Positions 44,737-56,200 of a stretch of DNA of 64,000 nt are shown in pieces. The translations under genes were made by a program, and so were the position numbers. Numbering within the stretch: position 1 is the stretch's first letter; every line of letters begins with the position of its first letter. The DNA is from Carpediemonas membranifera BICM (Eukaryota; Protista; Fornicata): the NCBI GenBank assembly GCA_019828565.1, contig JAHDYR010000036.1:77820-141819 (forward strand), given 5' to 3'. The notes beneath the pieces were generated by a model. The model had not been told where the DNA came from. It saw only the letters and a list, made by a program, of their open reading frames with translations, and searched no databases.

Positions 44737-46344
44737 ATGACGATGCAGAGCCTTGAAGACGTTCGTAGAGCATTTAAGCCTAATCTTCCCGCTGTACTCA
44801 CTGCCAAACATCACACTGTTGCTGAAACTAGCCGCGTGGTGTCCGTCACCACCTCCATCCGCTCTTCCTTCCCGTCCACCTCCAACATGCCTTTCATTCG
44901 GTTTGAAGCAGGCGAAGGTTCTGATGCCGTGCGTCCCATGCGTGTTGGCGCCGTTCTTTCTGGTGGCCCAGCCCCCGGTGGCCACAATGTCATCACTGGC
45001 CTATATGATTCGTTGAAGGCCTTCCACCCCGAGTCGCGCCTGTACGGCTTCCTCAACGGCCCCAGTGGTATCGTCAGCAACGACCACCTCCTTCTGGACG
45101 ACGAGACGATCGCCCGCTACCGTAACCAGGGCGGCTTCGACATGCTGGGCTCTGGCCGCACGAAGCTCGAGACAGCCGAGCAGTTCGAGCGGGTCAACGC
45201 CACTGCCAAGGAGCTCGAGCTCGACGGCATCGTTGTCATCGGCGGCGATGACTCTAACACCAACGCCGCCGTCATGGCCGAATGGTTTGCGGCGAACGGG
45301 TCACCACTTCGTGTCATCGGCGTGCCCAAGACCATTGACGGTGATCTCAAGAACGAGGACATCGAGGTCTCCTTTGGCTTCCACACTGCCACTCGCCTCT
45401 ACTCTGAGCTCATCGGCAACGTCATGAAGGACGCCCGGTCCGGCCGCAAGTACTGGCACTTCATCCGCCTTATGGGCCGCGCCGCCTCGCATGTGACACT
45501 GGAGTGCGCCCTCGCCACGCACCCCAACGTCGTCCTCATCTCGGAGGAGATCTTCGCCAAGAACCAGAGCCTTAAGGATATCGTCGCCTACCTCGCCGAT
45601 GTGGTTGTCGCGCGTGCCGACAAGGGCAAGAACTATGGCGTCGTGGTGTTCCCTGAGGGCATCGTCGACAACGTTCCCATGCTGCGTTCCCTCATCGAGG
45701 AGCTCAACGACGTGACGACCGGCATGGACACCGCCTCCCCTGCCCTGGTCACTGAGCGCCTTGCCCCCCAGTCCGCCGAGACCTACACTTCCCTGCCGGA
45801 CGTCGTCCAGGAGCAGCTGCTGCTCGATCGGGACTCCCACGGTAACATCCAGATCTCCCGCATTGAGACGGAGAAGCTCCTCATCGAACTACTGCAGCGG
45901 GAGCTTGAGGACCGCCGCGATTACAAGGGCAGTTTCGACCCCATGGCCCACTTCTTCGGCTACGAGGGCAGAGCCGGCCTCCCCTCGAACTTCGACTGCA
46001 CGTACTGCTACGGACTCGGCGTCACGGCCAGCGCCCTTGTTCGCGGCGGCCACACCGGCGTGATGTCTGCGCTGAAGGGACTCCACCTCCCAGCGGAGCA
46101 GTGGACCCCGCTCGGCGTCCCCATCGTCTCGATGATGCACGAGGAGATCAGACACGGCGTCCCCAAGCCCGTGATCGAGAAGGCCCTGGTCGACCTCTGC
46201 GGAGCTAACTTCAAGCGTCTCGAGGCCGAGCGGCAGGCCTGGGAGGTTGAAGACAAGTTCGTGTGCGCCGGCCCCCTGCAGTTCGAAGGTGCTACTGCTG
46301 ACTATGCGCCCATCAGCGTCCTCATCGACTCTGGGTGTCTTTGA
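44737..46344 (+). CDS. pfp: Pyrophosphate-dependent phosphofructokinase (long-clade PPi-PFK)
   Basis: SGGPAPGGHN, GGFDMLGSGR, GGDDSN (Asp indicates PPi specificity), PKTIDGD, MGR, FFGYEGR. Confidence 0.95.
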   Translation: MTMQSLEDVRRAFKPNLPAVLTAKHHTVAETSRVVSVTTSIRSSFPSTSNMPFIRFEAGEGSDAVRPMRVGAVLSGGPAPGGHNVITGLYDSLKAFHPESRLYGFLNGPSGIVSNDHLLLDDETIARYRNQGGFDMLGSGRTKLETAEQFERVNATAKELELDGIVVIGGDDSNTNAAVMAEWFAANGSPLRVIGVPKTIDGDLKNEDIEVSFGFHTATRLYSELIGNVMKDARSGRKYWHFIRLMGRAASHVTLECALATHPNVVLISEEIFAKNQSLKDIVAYLADVVVARADKGKNYGVVVFPEGIVDNVPMLRSLIEELNDVTTGMDTASPALVTERLAPQSAETYTSLPDVVQEQLLLDRDSHGNIQISRIETEKLLIELLQRELEDRRDYKGSFDPMAHFFGYEGRAGLPSNFDCTYCYGLGVTASALVRGGHTGVMSALKGLHLPAEQWTPLGVPIVSMMHEEIRHGVPKPVIEKALVDLCGANFKRLEAERQAWEVEDKFVCAGPLQFEGATADYAPISVLIDSGCL

Positions 46345-46666
46345 TTGATGAGCATACAGCCCGCATAATTGATATTTTGTAAAGATACTCTCCACAATGC
46401 TCTACTTTATTCTCCTTCCTTGAGATCTCCATCCGGGAGTCTGGCCGCAGTGAAGAATATCAGAAACTGCCAGACCAAATTGTAGCGTTATGCAGGGTCT
46501 AATCGAAGCAGCGCGGGTCCACGCATGTCCTGGTACAGCCCATGGCAGGTCAGCAAAAGTCCCCCCCGACGGTGACACGAACACCGCTAAGAATCGAACC
46601 CACGAAATGCCCCATAGAGAGCGATCATACAGCAGTGCAGTGAGAGTAAGCACTCAGGAAGAGGAA

Positions 46667-48682
46667 ATGCAGAAGCAGAAGGCCAAGTACCTCAAGATCC
46701 TCTCTCAACAGTACCCGACGCTGGAAACGGCCGCATGCGAGGCTATCAACCTCCGCGCTATCCTCGGGCTGCCGAAGGGTACTGAGCAATATGTCAGTGA
46801 CCTGCATGGCGCGTTCTACTCGTTCGATCATACCCTTAGAAACGCCAGTGGCGTTGTACGTTTCAAGATCGAGCAGGCCTTCGGCATGACGCTTTCTGAG
46901 TCTGAGCGGGCAGAACTAGGCATGCTCGTCTACTACCCCGAGCAGAAGATGCGTCTCATATTCCAGGCGATGCCCGAGGTCGCTGCGAGAGATGACTGGC
47001 TCGCCGTCAACATCTACAGGCTCGTGATGGTAGCCCGACTGGCCGCATCGAAGTACACCCGGTCGAAGGTGACCAAGGCCCTCCCCAAGCAGTTCAGCTA
47101 CATGATCAACGAGCTCATCCATGAGCAAGAGACGGATCCCGACAAGCGAACCTACTATACCTCCATCATCCGGGAGGCCATTGACCTCGGTCAGGGCGCG
47201 TCTCTGCTCGTTGCCCTTTGCCGTCTGATCCAACGTCTGGCTGTGGACCACCTCCATGTTCTGGGCGATGTTTACGACCGCGGCTCCATGGCACACCGCA
47301 TCATGGACACCCTCATGCATTTCCACAGCATCGACGTCGCCTGGGGCAACCATGACATGCTGTGGATGGGTGCTGCGGCTGGGTCGCTCGCCTGCATCTG
47401 CAACGTTCTCAGAATCAGCCTCCGTTATAACAACCTCGACACGATCGAGAACGGGTACGGTATCAGCCTGCTTCCACTCGCGACCTTTGCTATGGAGACC
47501 TACGCCGACGACCCATGCGAGCAGTTCATCCCCAAGGGCGAGAAGGGCATGAACCAACGCCTCGTGTCACAGCTCCATAAGGCTATTGCGGTCATGCAGT
47601 TTAAGGTAGAGTCAACACTCATCGACCGCAACCCGTCGTTCGACATGGCAGACCGGCAGTCTCTCCGCATGGTCGACTGGGAGAACTACACGATCACCAT
47701 CGACGGGCAGACATATCCGCTCAAGGACAAGGTGTGGCCCACGGTCGACCCAGCCAACCCGACTGCCCTCAGCGAGGCCGAGATCAAGGTGCTGCAGCGG
47801 CTGCGGTACTCCTTCCAATCGTCCCCGGGTCTGCAGGAGCACATCCGGTTCCTATTCCAGGTGGGGTCCATCTATCTGGTCAAGAACGGTGACCTCCTCT
47901 TCCATGGCTGCATCCCAGTCAACGCGGATGGTACACTCATCCCGAACCGGATATTCGGAAAGCCCCTGGTCGGTGTGGCACAGCTTGACGCCTTCGACAA
48001 GGCTGCCCGCGATGGTTATTTCCTTCCCGAGATCACGCCCATTGAGCTGGCAGCCCATGAAGGCGACCAAAGCACGTCCGGACATGCCCGTAAGCAGTTT
48101 GGCCAGGACGTCGCTTGGTATCTTTGGGCTGGTCCTGTCTCGCCCCTGTTTGGCCGTAGCAAAATGGCCACCTTCGAGCGGTACTTCATTGAAGATAAGG
48201 CTCAGTGGAAGGAGCCGGGCAACGCGTACTACAAGCTGAGAGAAGACGAGGAGTTCGTCAAGAAGATCCTGGCTGAGTTCGATGCGGACGTCACCCACGG
48301 GCACATCATCAACGGGCACGTCCCTGTGAGAGCCAAGGACGGTGAGATGCCGGTCAAGGCCAACGGCCGACTCATTGCCATTGATGGGGGCTACTGCGAG
48401 GCATATCAGGGGGAGACGGGGACGGCGGGGTACACGCTCATCAACGACTCCCATGGCCTCAAGCTAGCCATTCACAGACCATTCTCTTCGAGACACCACG
48501 CTGTCGACACGAACGAGGACATGGTCACTGAGCTTAAGATCATTGAGAAGTGGAGCCACAGGCTGAGGGTGGCTGAGACCGACACGGGCATCAGGCTCAA
48601 GGAGAGGGTCCAGGATCTGAAGGACCTCATGGACGCCTATAGGGCTGGTGATCTGGCTGAGGGGACGTATTTTAATGGATGA
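46667..48682 (+). CDS. fbp: Fructose-1,6-bisphosphatase class III (Firmicute-type)
   Basis: INLRAILGLPKGTEQYVSDLHG, KYTRSKV, GDVYDRG, WGNHD, SPLFGRSKMATFERYF, NGHVPV, IDGG. Confidence 0.93.
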   Translation: MQKQKAKYLKILSQQYPTLETAACEAINLRAILGLPKGTEQYVSDLHGAFYSFDHTLRNASGVVRFKIEQAFGMTLSESERAELGMLVYYPEQKMRLIFQAMPEVAARDDWLAVNIYRLVMVARLAASKYTRSKVTKALPKQFSYMINELIHEQETDPDKRTYYTSIIREAIDLGQGASLLVALCRLIQRLAVDHLHVLGDVYDRGSMAHRIMDTLMHFHSIDVAWGNHDMLWMGAAAGSLACICNVLRISLRYNNLDTIENGYGISLLPLATFAMETYADDPCEQFIPKGEKGMNQRLVSQLHKAIAVMQFKVESTLIDRNPSFDMADRQSLRMVDWENYTITIDGQTYPLKDKVWPTVDPANPTALSEAEIKVLQRLRYSFQSSPGLQEHIRFLFQVGSIYLVKNGDLLFHGCIPVNADGTLIPNRIFGKPLVGVAQLDAFDKAARDGYFLPEITPIELAAHEGDQSTSGHARKQFGQDVAWYLWAGPVSPLFGRSKMATFERYFIEDKAQWKEPGNAYYKLREDEEFVKKILAEFDADVTHGHIINGHVPVRAKDGEMPVKANGRLIAIDGGYCEAYQGETGTAGYTLINDSHGLKLAIHRPFSSRHHAVDTNEDMVTELKIIEKWSHRLRVAETDTGIRLKERVQDLKDLMDAYRAGDLAEGTYFNG

Positions 48683-49731
48683 TATGTAAATACGTAAATA
48701 CCTGGCGAGCACTGGTGATTGTGAAGATCACCGCAGTTTCAGCATTGCTGTGCTGACCTCATCGTGACGACTCTGCAAATATAGCTCCATAGCCCGTTGC
48801 TGAGTGCCTCAACCACACCGCAGTGTCTCTATTGCCGTCTCTCTTGGTGACACGCGAAGAGTCTGGGGCTGTCAAATCCCTGGAATTGATAAAAATGTGA
48901 CAACTAAATCGGCAGTCTGAATCAGCCTCACATAACAGTTAACGTTTCATTCTACGGTTAACAATGGGTTGGAATCTGCGGGTCTACGTCTTGGGCGCTC
49001 GTTATATCATCATCCCATTCTTGGTGGCCGCCGTGTGGGCGTTCCCCTTGGTATGCCCTGGAGAGTCTGCCGGCCATACCATCTGCTGTCAGCATGGTGA
49101 TAACCCACGTTGTATAAGTATCCTCTTGTGTTATCCCAGTGAGAGTGCATCGAACGATCATGCATAACAATGACAGTTACGTGCGGATCAGCATTTACCA
49201 GGGGTGCCGGGTCAGCCTCGGACCGGGGCAGGCGCCCGGGAGGGGGCGCCTGCATGCCTCTAAAAAAGAACTCCCGCTCCGCGGCGTGCTAAATACTGAC
49301 GACTCCGCTCGACTCCACCCTGATTCGGCCGCGATCCTGTAAGTGGGCCGCCAAATTGTTTCGGCTGCCGCAAAGAAAAGTGAATTAGCATTGATTGTCG
49401 TTGGGTCACCCGGTTCTATCACTGACGACGAGGTGATATGGCCACTCTGAGAACCCACTTGTGACTGATTATCGTGGATGGGTCCGACCGACCCAATGTC
49501 ACCTCGGTCACATCAAGCAGACCCGGGGAAGTGTTTATAGCCGAAGATTACCATCCAAGGCCAAGTACCCTTTCACGGCATGTCTGAGAACTGCCAGTCT
49601 GATATCTTCATCAGTGACGACGCGCCATGGACACGCTCTCAGGCATTGTGAACTCTGTCCCACGGCTGAAGAAAGTCTTAAAATGTTGGTTATTTATCGC
49701 GCATACTCTGCTGAGGAACAATGGTGTTTTT

Positions 49732-51327
49732 TTAAATAATACCTCCGAGGTCGACATCGCCATACTCATCATCACCGCCGTCCTCCTGCTCCTCCTTCTT
49801 CGGCTTCTCCGGAGGTATCTCGCCCATCACCATCGCGATGTCCTCTGCCCGGCGGAATGCCGCAGACCCCGAGATGTTCAGCAGGATAGGCTGCCGCTTC
49901 TTCTGGTCGGGCCCCACTGGTTTGCGTCGGAAGACAAGCGCCTTATAAATGGTGATCGCCTCCCACTGCGCCTGGTCAAACTCCTCGATCGAGTGAGGCA
50001 ACCGGAACTGATTGGTGGCCAGGGACTCAAACTGACTGAACTGGGACTGGACGAGTTTCAGTAGCTCCACGAGCGGCTTGTTGGCAACTGTCTCAGTCCG
50101 CGGGCAGCGACGGCGGGCGTTGGGATCATGTATGTCGACCTTCTCGGCCGTCCTGAACATCTGGAACAGTTCAGCAAAGGGAATCGAGTCGACAAGCTCC
50201 ATACCGCAGCTGTTAGCAATGACATGGTCAATCGTGTCGTCGTCGGGCAGCAGATACTCAGGGATGGCGTGGATGGCATCCACCAGCCTGAATATGTACC
50301 TAGCACCGAACGTCGGCACGTGCAGCTCGCCCCTTGCGTCAACTGTAACCCGCTCGGACTCGGGCTGCGTCTCGTGCGGCTCAAATCTGAGACCGTACAC
50401 ACTCTCAGGGTCAGTATAGCCATCAAGGAGCTGGTTAGACCCGCAGTGGAGCACTGGCTGCTCCGGGCCATTACCTGCGGCCTTGTCTAGGCGATACTGC
50501 TCCAGGTCAGAGTCATACTGGGCCTTAACCCGCTTAATGATCTCAGCGCGGTTGGGCACAGTCGCCACGAAGAATGCTCCAGGCTTCAGGGAAGATGCGA
50601 CGTTCTGCATGAAACGCGTGGCGCGGAACTCGCTTTCAAAGCTGTAATGCATGGCAAACTGACAGGAAATAAAGTCAAACCAGCCTCTAAAGATCATGGG
50701 GTCAGCGATGAGCTTATTCATCGATGCATTCACTGCCCTCTCGAGCTTCCGACGCTCCTCAGACCCAGGTGCGGTCTTCTTGATGTCAGCGACGTTCAGC
50801 TTCAGGAGGTCGTTGTCCTCGATCACATAGTCCCCTCTTACAACTGACTGGAGAGAGAAGTTGAGGTCCGTGTGGCTGGGATTAAACCAGTGCATGAGAA
50901 AGTCGTTGCACACGTCGGCCCAAACAAAGTTGGCATGGAACACCGCGGGGGTCTCACCGGGCATTAAGGACTGGTACTGCTGGTCTAAGTACTTGTTGTA
51001 GCGGACGACGGACTCAACAACGGACCAATAGGTCAGGTCAACGAAGGAGACGAAGCGAGGCTTGGCCTTCGCCCATTTCATCATATCACCGCCCTTGCCA
51101 GAGCAATAGTCCATACAGTCATCATCCTGACGCGCGAATAAACCGATAAGCACTGCTTTGACCCAGTTGTTCATCACTCGAAGCTGGGAAATAGCCGATT
51201 CCATGCGCTTCTCTTGGTTACGGTTCAAATCGGCATAATGCAGCGCGATAGCATCACGGTCAATCGAAGGCCCGTTCTTATCGGCAGTAGTATCCCTATT
51301 CACCGAAGAACCGTTGTAATCCGCCAT
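49732..51327 (-). CDS. RNMT: mRNA cap guanine-N7 methyltransferase
   Basis: LRVMNNWVKAVLI, DYCSGKGGDMMKW, FDFISCQFAMHYSFE, FGARYIFRL, PEYL. Confidence 0.93.
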   Translation of the reverse strand: MADYNGSSVNRDTTADKNGPSIDRDAIALHYADLNRNQEKRMESAISQLRVMNNWVKAVLIGLFARQDDDCMDYCSGKGGDMMKWAKAKPRFVSFVDLTYWSVVESVVRYNKYLDQQYQSLMPGETPAVFHANFVWADVCNDFLMHWFNPSHTDLNFSLQSVVRGDYVIEDNDLLKLNVADIKKTAPGSEERRKLERAVNASMNKLIADPMIFRGWFDFISCQFAMHYSFESEFRATRFMQNVASSLKPGAFFVATVPNRAEIIKRVKAQYDSDLEQYRLDKAAGNGPEQPVLHCGSNQLLDGYTDPESVYGLRFEPHETQPESERVTVDARGELHVPTFGARYIFRLVDAIHAIPEYLLPDDDTIDHVIANSCGMELVDSIPFAELFQMFRTAEKVDIHDPNARRRCPRTETVANKPLVELLKLVQSQFSQFESLATNQFRLPHSIEEFDQAQWEAITIYKALVFRRKPVGPDQKKRQPILLNISGSAAFRRAEDIAMVMGEIPPEKPKKEEQEDGGDDEYGDVDLGGII

Positions 51328-51518
51328 CCGCACTTGCTTCGTCGAATATGCACGCTAGCCGCATAAACGCGTAAACACGTAAATCGACTTCAAGTTTGCA
51401 ACCAGGGTGCTAACAACCCCACCCGGTCATGATAGGGCAAATCAATCTTCATGAGGCGGGAATCCATTCCAAATCGTCCAAAACTGCACATTTTCGCAAT
51501 CAGCCCCTGACTCGAGAT

Positions 51519-52595
51519 ATGGGCCGTGCGAAAGTGCTTCTTGGGGGAAGAATCGTGCTTGGCCCCGAGGTTAAGTATCTTATTGGCTCAGTTCTCCTCA
51601 TTACACTCCCATCGGCCTATTTTTTGCTGACGAGCGCGCTTCCTTTCTCTCTACTCGTTCATTGGGCGCCAATGATCCCTCTTTACCCTTTACCATTCCT
51701 AGTTCTATACTTGCTGCTCAAGGCATCACTGACGGACCCCGGGATCATTCCTCGGCGGACTCTCCCAGGTGTTGCGGACACACCGTTCGATCCCACAGCT
51801 GGCATAGCCATCCACAACGTCGTGGTGCATGGTAACAGGATGAACATTCGAGAATGCGACACCTGCCACATTTATCGGCCCTTGCGGACATACCACTGTC
51901 GTATATGCGACGTGTGCGTCAGAAAGCACGACCATCACTGTCCCTGGCTCGGCACATGCGTTGGTGCGCATAACTACAAGTCATTCATCTTCCTCATCGT
52001 CTCTGTCTCCGTGTACTGCGCAGTTCTTGCCCTATATCTGGTTGGGATTTGGCTGACCGCTATTGTCAGCGGCATATATTGGCTCGCCAAGGAAGAATAC
52101 GTCAGAGCCGCTTACACATTCTTTGTTCTAGCGGTACCCCCGCTCCCCGTCGCTCCGGTCGTCGTGGTTGTCGGCAGTGGCATCCTCATGCTCACCGCCC
52201 AGCATGTCAAGCTTATCGCCCGCGGAGAGACCACACACGAATATCTGACCGTCGCTAGCTCTAGTAAGAAGCCGTTCCAAGGGTCTTGGTTCCGTAACAT
52301 CCACGAGTTCCTTCGCTTCTCCCCTCAGTCCCTGCTTCGTCAGTCCGATATTGACTATGACGCACTTTTAGACCACAGCGGGAGCTACGTGATCAGGCAC
52401 GGCACAGTACGCATGGCATACGAGCCTGCCGAGCCCTCAGTGTTTGAATACTCGAGAGCGTTGCATTCTACCGTCGACCCTGAGGACCCATTCGAATTCG
52501 TGGAGGAATGCATCGCTGTTGACCCAGCCAGAGAGGAGCCCGAGCCCGCTGCAGAGAAGGTCGCTGTTATCGAGCCAGCAATGACGGCCCTCTGA
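51519..52595 (+). CDS. DHHC palmitoyl acyltransferase (Erf2/ZDHHC9-like)
   Basis: TDPGIIPR, CDTCHIYRPLRTYHCRICDVCVRKHDHHCPWLGTCVG, TTHE. Confidence 0.95.
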   Translation: MGRAKVLLGGRIVLGPEVKYLIGSVLLITLPSAYFLLTSALPFSLLVHWAPMIPLYPLPFLVLYLLLKASLTDPGIIPRRTLPGVADTPFDPTAGIAIHNVVVHGNRMNIRECDTCHIYRPLRTYHCRICDVCVRKHDHHCPWLGTCVGAHNYKSFIFLIVSVSVYCAVLALYLVGIWLTAIVSGIYWLAKEEYVRAAYTFFVLAVPPLPVAPVVVVVGSGILMLTAQHVKLIARGETTHEYLTVASSSKKPFQGSWFRNIHEFLRFSPQSLLRQSDIDYDALLDHSGSYVIRHGTVRMAYEPAEPSVFEYSRALHSTVDPEDPFEFVEECIAVDPAREEPEPAAEKVAVIEPAMTAL

Positions 52596-53213
52596 CGTCT
52601 GTTGATCCACGTTCACTGCTATACTCACCAACCCATGCTTTTCGCACATTATAAACTTTGCAGCAATGCAGGCTGACTGGTGGTGCGATACCAGCCGGCC
52701 ACCGGGCACAAGATTCTGTCGAGTGGCGCTTTGAAGGTTGCTCCTCGCATCAAGAATCGCAAAATTAATGAATTCGACCATTCTTGGCCGAAGAAGACTG
52801 CTCTGGAAATGTGATGCTGTACGTCACATTGTGGGTGACTGTGAGGCAGCTCCTGGTCTCATGGCCCTCGCCGGCGGATGACGGCATAACAGTGGACTCG
52901 TGCAATGCCTGGTGGGCTGGGCCGACAATGGGACGAGTGCGGAGGAGGGCGCTTGGGAAGAACAGCTGTAGTGCTTATCGTTTATTCATCAAATCATCAA
53001 TCAAATCAGTCTGTAGCCGCTACTCTCGCCCCGGCCACACAGCCCATTCCAGGGTCCAAATCCAAGCACATTAAATTTCTTTCCTTTCTCAGGGCGCTTG
53101 AATACGATGGTGCACATGACTGTACGGTGGAGGTCGCAAACGCCGAGTAGTGATGGAGTCCGATGCTTTAATCGGTCAGCTAGTCATTTATAATGATATC
53201 TAAATTGAGTCAG

Positions 53214-56200
53214 TCATAGTCGACTGGACGAATCTCGAAGGGGGCCGTCAAACACGCGCCAGGTCTTGCTGGTAGGTGCAGACAGTGACGAGCTGCTGCT
53301 CAGCATGCTCTGTGAGAATGTCCCGGGCTGTTGGCGGAGGTATGCCGGCGCAGTCGACATGCCCGTGAATGTCGTAGCCGTGCTGGTCCGGCTGTAAGCT
53401 GAGGGGGCGTAGTAGCTGTCGGCCATGGTCGACTGGGGCCGGGCCACAGGATACCGGAAGGAGGCGGGGACCCCCTGGGGTGCGGGGGGAGATGCCAGCC
53501 AGATTCGGGCCTTCTTGAAGAAGATATGAGTTGACTTGGCACAGACTGCTGCGCATGTACAGGAGACGCAGGTGGTAATGATACACGCGAGACAGAGGGC
53601 GATGGTCACAAAGATTGCGAGGGCGACCCCAATCACGGTCAGCCAGGGGAACTCGTCCACGACCATCGGCTCGACGACAAACTCGGTGGAGAAGACGGAT
53701 GCCTCATCAAACAGCAGCGAGAGAGACACCGCGCCGTCACCGGTCACTGGGACGATAGCAGCGTCGGTAGATACGAAGGACGCGTCAACACAAACTCGGG
53801 ATGACTCAATCACAGTCGACTGAGTCACGCCGTTGAGATCGATCAAATATCTGCTAGAATCAGTGAATCCGGCGGTCGAGTTCGTCACCGTGTCCAGGAT
53901 GCCGACACAGAGGTGCTCTGGGGTAACTGGGGTCGACCCGTTAGCAATCGGGACAGTGCTGCTGTCCTCATAAACTGCATACGTCATTGTCGCCAGCATG
54001 TTGGCCGAAACGGTCTCGGTGGTGACGCAGTAGATGGTGCCATCCTCCAGGGTCACCGTAGTCACGTTCATCTCACCCAAATAGCTGGCCTCGAGGCTAG
54101 CGGCGCAGGATCCGTTCACAGCAGGTGTGCGGGCCATCATAGTGTCGTTACTGATCGTGACGGCACCGGTGGCGTTGTAGCGGACCGTTGTCGCGGGGAT
54201 AGCGACCTCGAGTGTCTCTGTGGTGCCGTCGGACAGCGTTACCGTCATCGACGTCGTGCCATTGACTGTTGACCCGATGGGGACGTAGATGGCCTCGCCT
54301 GAAGTCGAGTTCCTCACAGTCACACCAGTCTGACCGCTCACGCTGACATTTGTCACTGCCATGTCATTCATGGTGTCAAAAATGATGCTGTGGTAAGTCG
54401 AGTTCGAGGCGCGGGCTTTTCCGGCAATCACGTTGCTCTGGTCGATCGCCATATATGTCAGCGTCAGCACCTTCGTCATTGTCACATTCTGGCAGTTAGT
54501 GACAGTGAGTAATGTCACATTAGACGCTGGCTGTGGTCCAGTTGGGGCCAGGATCAGCGCCGTGTCATTGACTGTCGCCCAGTCGGGGGCTTGGGTCAGG
54601 CTGTAGGTCAGGGGGCATGCTGTCCCGAGGGGTGTGGCCCAATAGCCCAGGTCGTAGTCCCGGTTCCCGTTCACCCGTCCGACCACGTGAGACCGGACAA
54701 GACCAGCGGGCTCAGTCAAGCCCTGGAGCTGCAGCACGGCAGAGCCAGAGAACACTGTGCCGCCTGCCTCGAACGAAACAGTCAGGACAGTGTCGACGGG
54801 CTCGGTACAGGTCAGGACGGTGCTAGCGAGGGAACACTGGGGCGGGACTGTGGCGATCCCGATGTTGGAGATCACGAGATCGGTCGTGGTGTTGACGAAT
54901 TCAGCTAAATCTATTGAAACAGATTCAGTGTATCCCGTGATATAATCGAGGAATCTGGAGCAGCCCGTGAAGTCCTCAGTGACGTCGAACCCGTCGGGGC
55001 AGGACAACGGTTCGGCCCAGGCCCCGCTGACGGGCGTGTACTGGCCGGGGGTGCTGACGTTCTTGCACTCGAGCTGGCCTGTCTCATCCTGGAACTGGCC
55101 TGAGTTGCAAGGGATGTGGGCCGTGTGGTTGACGAGGGCGTAATAGCCCAGCTCGGCCTCAGTGCAGCTGTCAGCCCTGCCGTATGAGTAGAAGCCCGTG
55201 GCGCAGGGGAGCTGTGTCGCCCGGTCGCCGCTGGAGTAGTAGCCCGCGGCAGTGACCTTGCACGTCGTCTGGCCCGTCTCGTCCTGGTATTGGCCTGTCC
55301 CATCGCAGAGTACGTGGTCAGTGTTGTTACAGAGGGCGTAGTACCCGGGCTCGGCCTCAGTACATCCCGTTGCCGACCCCGCCCCGCCCAGAGAGTACGT
55401 GCCGGCCACCGTGCACCTGATTTGCGCCGTCCGGTCTGACGTCGAGACGTAGTACGCTGGGTCCGCGGCAGTGCAGGTCTCGCAGCCATCTGTCGGTGAG
55501 TAGTAGCCGTCCTCGCAGTGCTGCTGGTCAGTCCTGTCCGCTGTTGGGTAGTATCCGGCCTCGGTCGTCCTACACCCGGTCTGGCCGACCTCGTCCTGGT
55601 ACTCCCCCGTGCCGTCGCACAGCACATGGTCGGTGTGGTTGGCCAGCGCGTAGTAGCCCAGCTCGGCCTGAGTGCAGGCGTCCGCAGCGCCGTACGAGTA
55701 ATAGCCTGTCGCACATAGCACGGCTGCTGTCCTGTCCGCGGAGGGGTAGTAGCCCTCGGCGACTGTCTTGCACGTGGTCTGGCCGGTTTCGTCCTGATAA
55801 CCACCCACATCGTCACAGTATACGATGCCAGTAAAGTTCGTCAAGGCCCTATAGCCCTTGGCAACCGTGGTGCAGCCACTGGCGGCACCGAGGGAGTACG
55901 TGCCGAGAACGGTGCACCCCCACTGCTTGGTCTTGTTCGAGGAGAGCACGTAGTGGCCGGGGTCCGAGGCCGTGCAGGCGTTGGCCCCTCCCTCGCTGTA
56001 GTAGCCAGTCGCACACGCCACTTGGGCGGTGTGGTCGTCGTTGGCGAAGTAGCCGGCCGCCGCTGTCTTGCACGATGAAGCCCCCGACTCGTCCTGGTAC
56101 TGCCCGGTGCCGTTGCAGGGCAGCTGGGCAATGGAGGCGGCCGACGGGACGAAGTAGCCCGGGCTGGCCGTGAGGCAGGCTGACTGTCCCGTGTATGGCT

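Noticed and set aside
44737-48682. Bacterial contamination
   Set aside because: Contiguous with eukaryote-specific genes (RNMT, DHHC) and similar in codon style.
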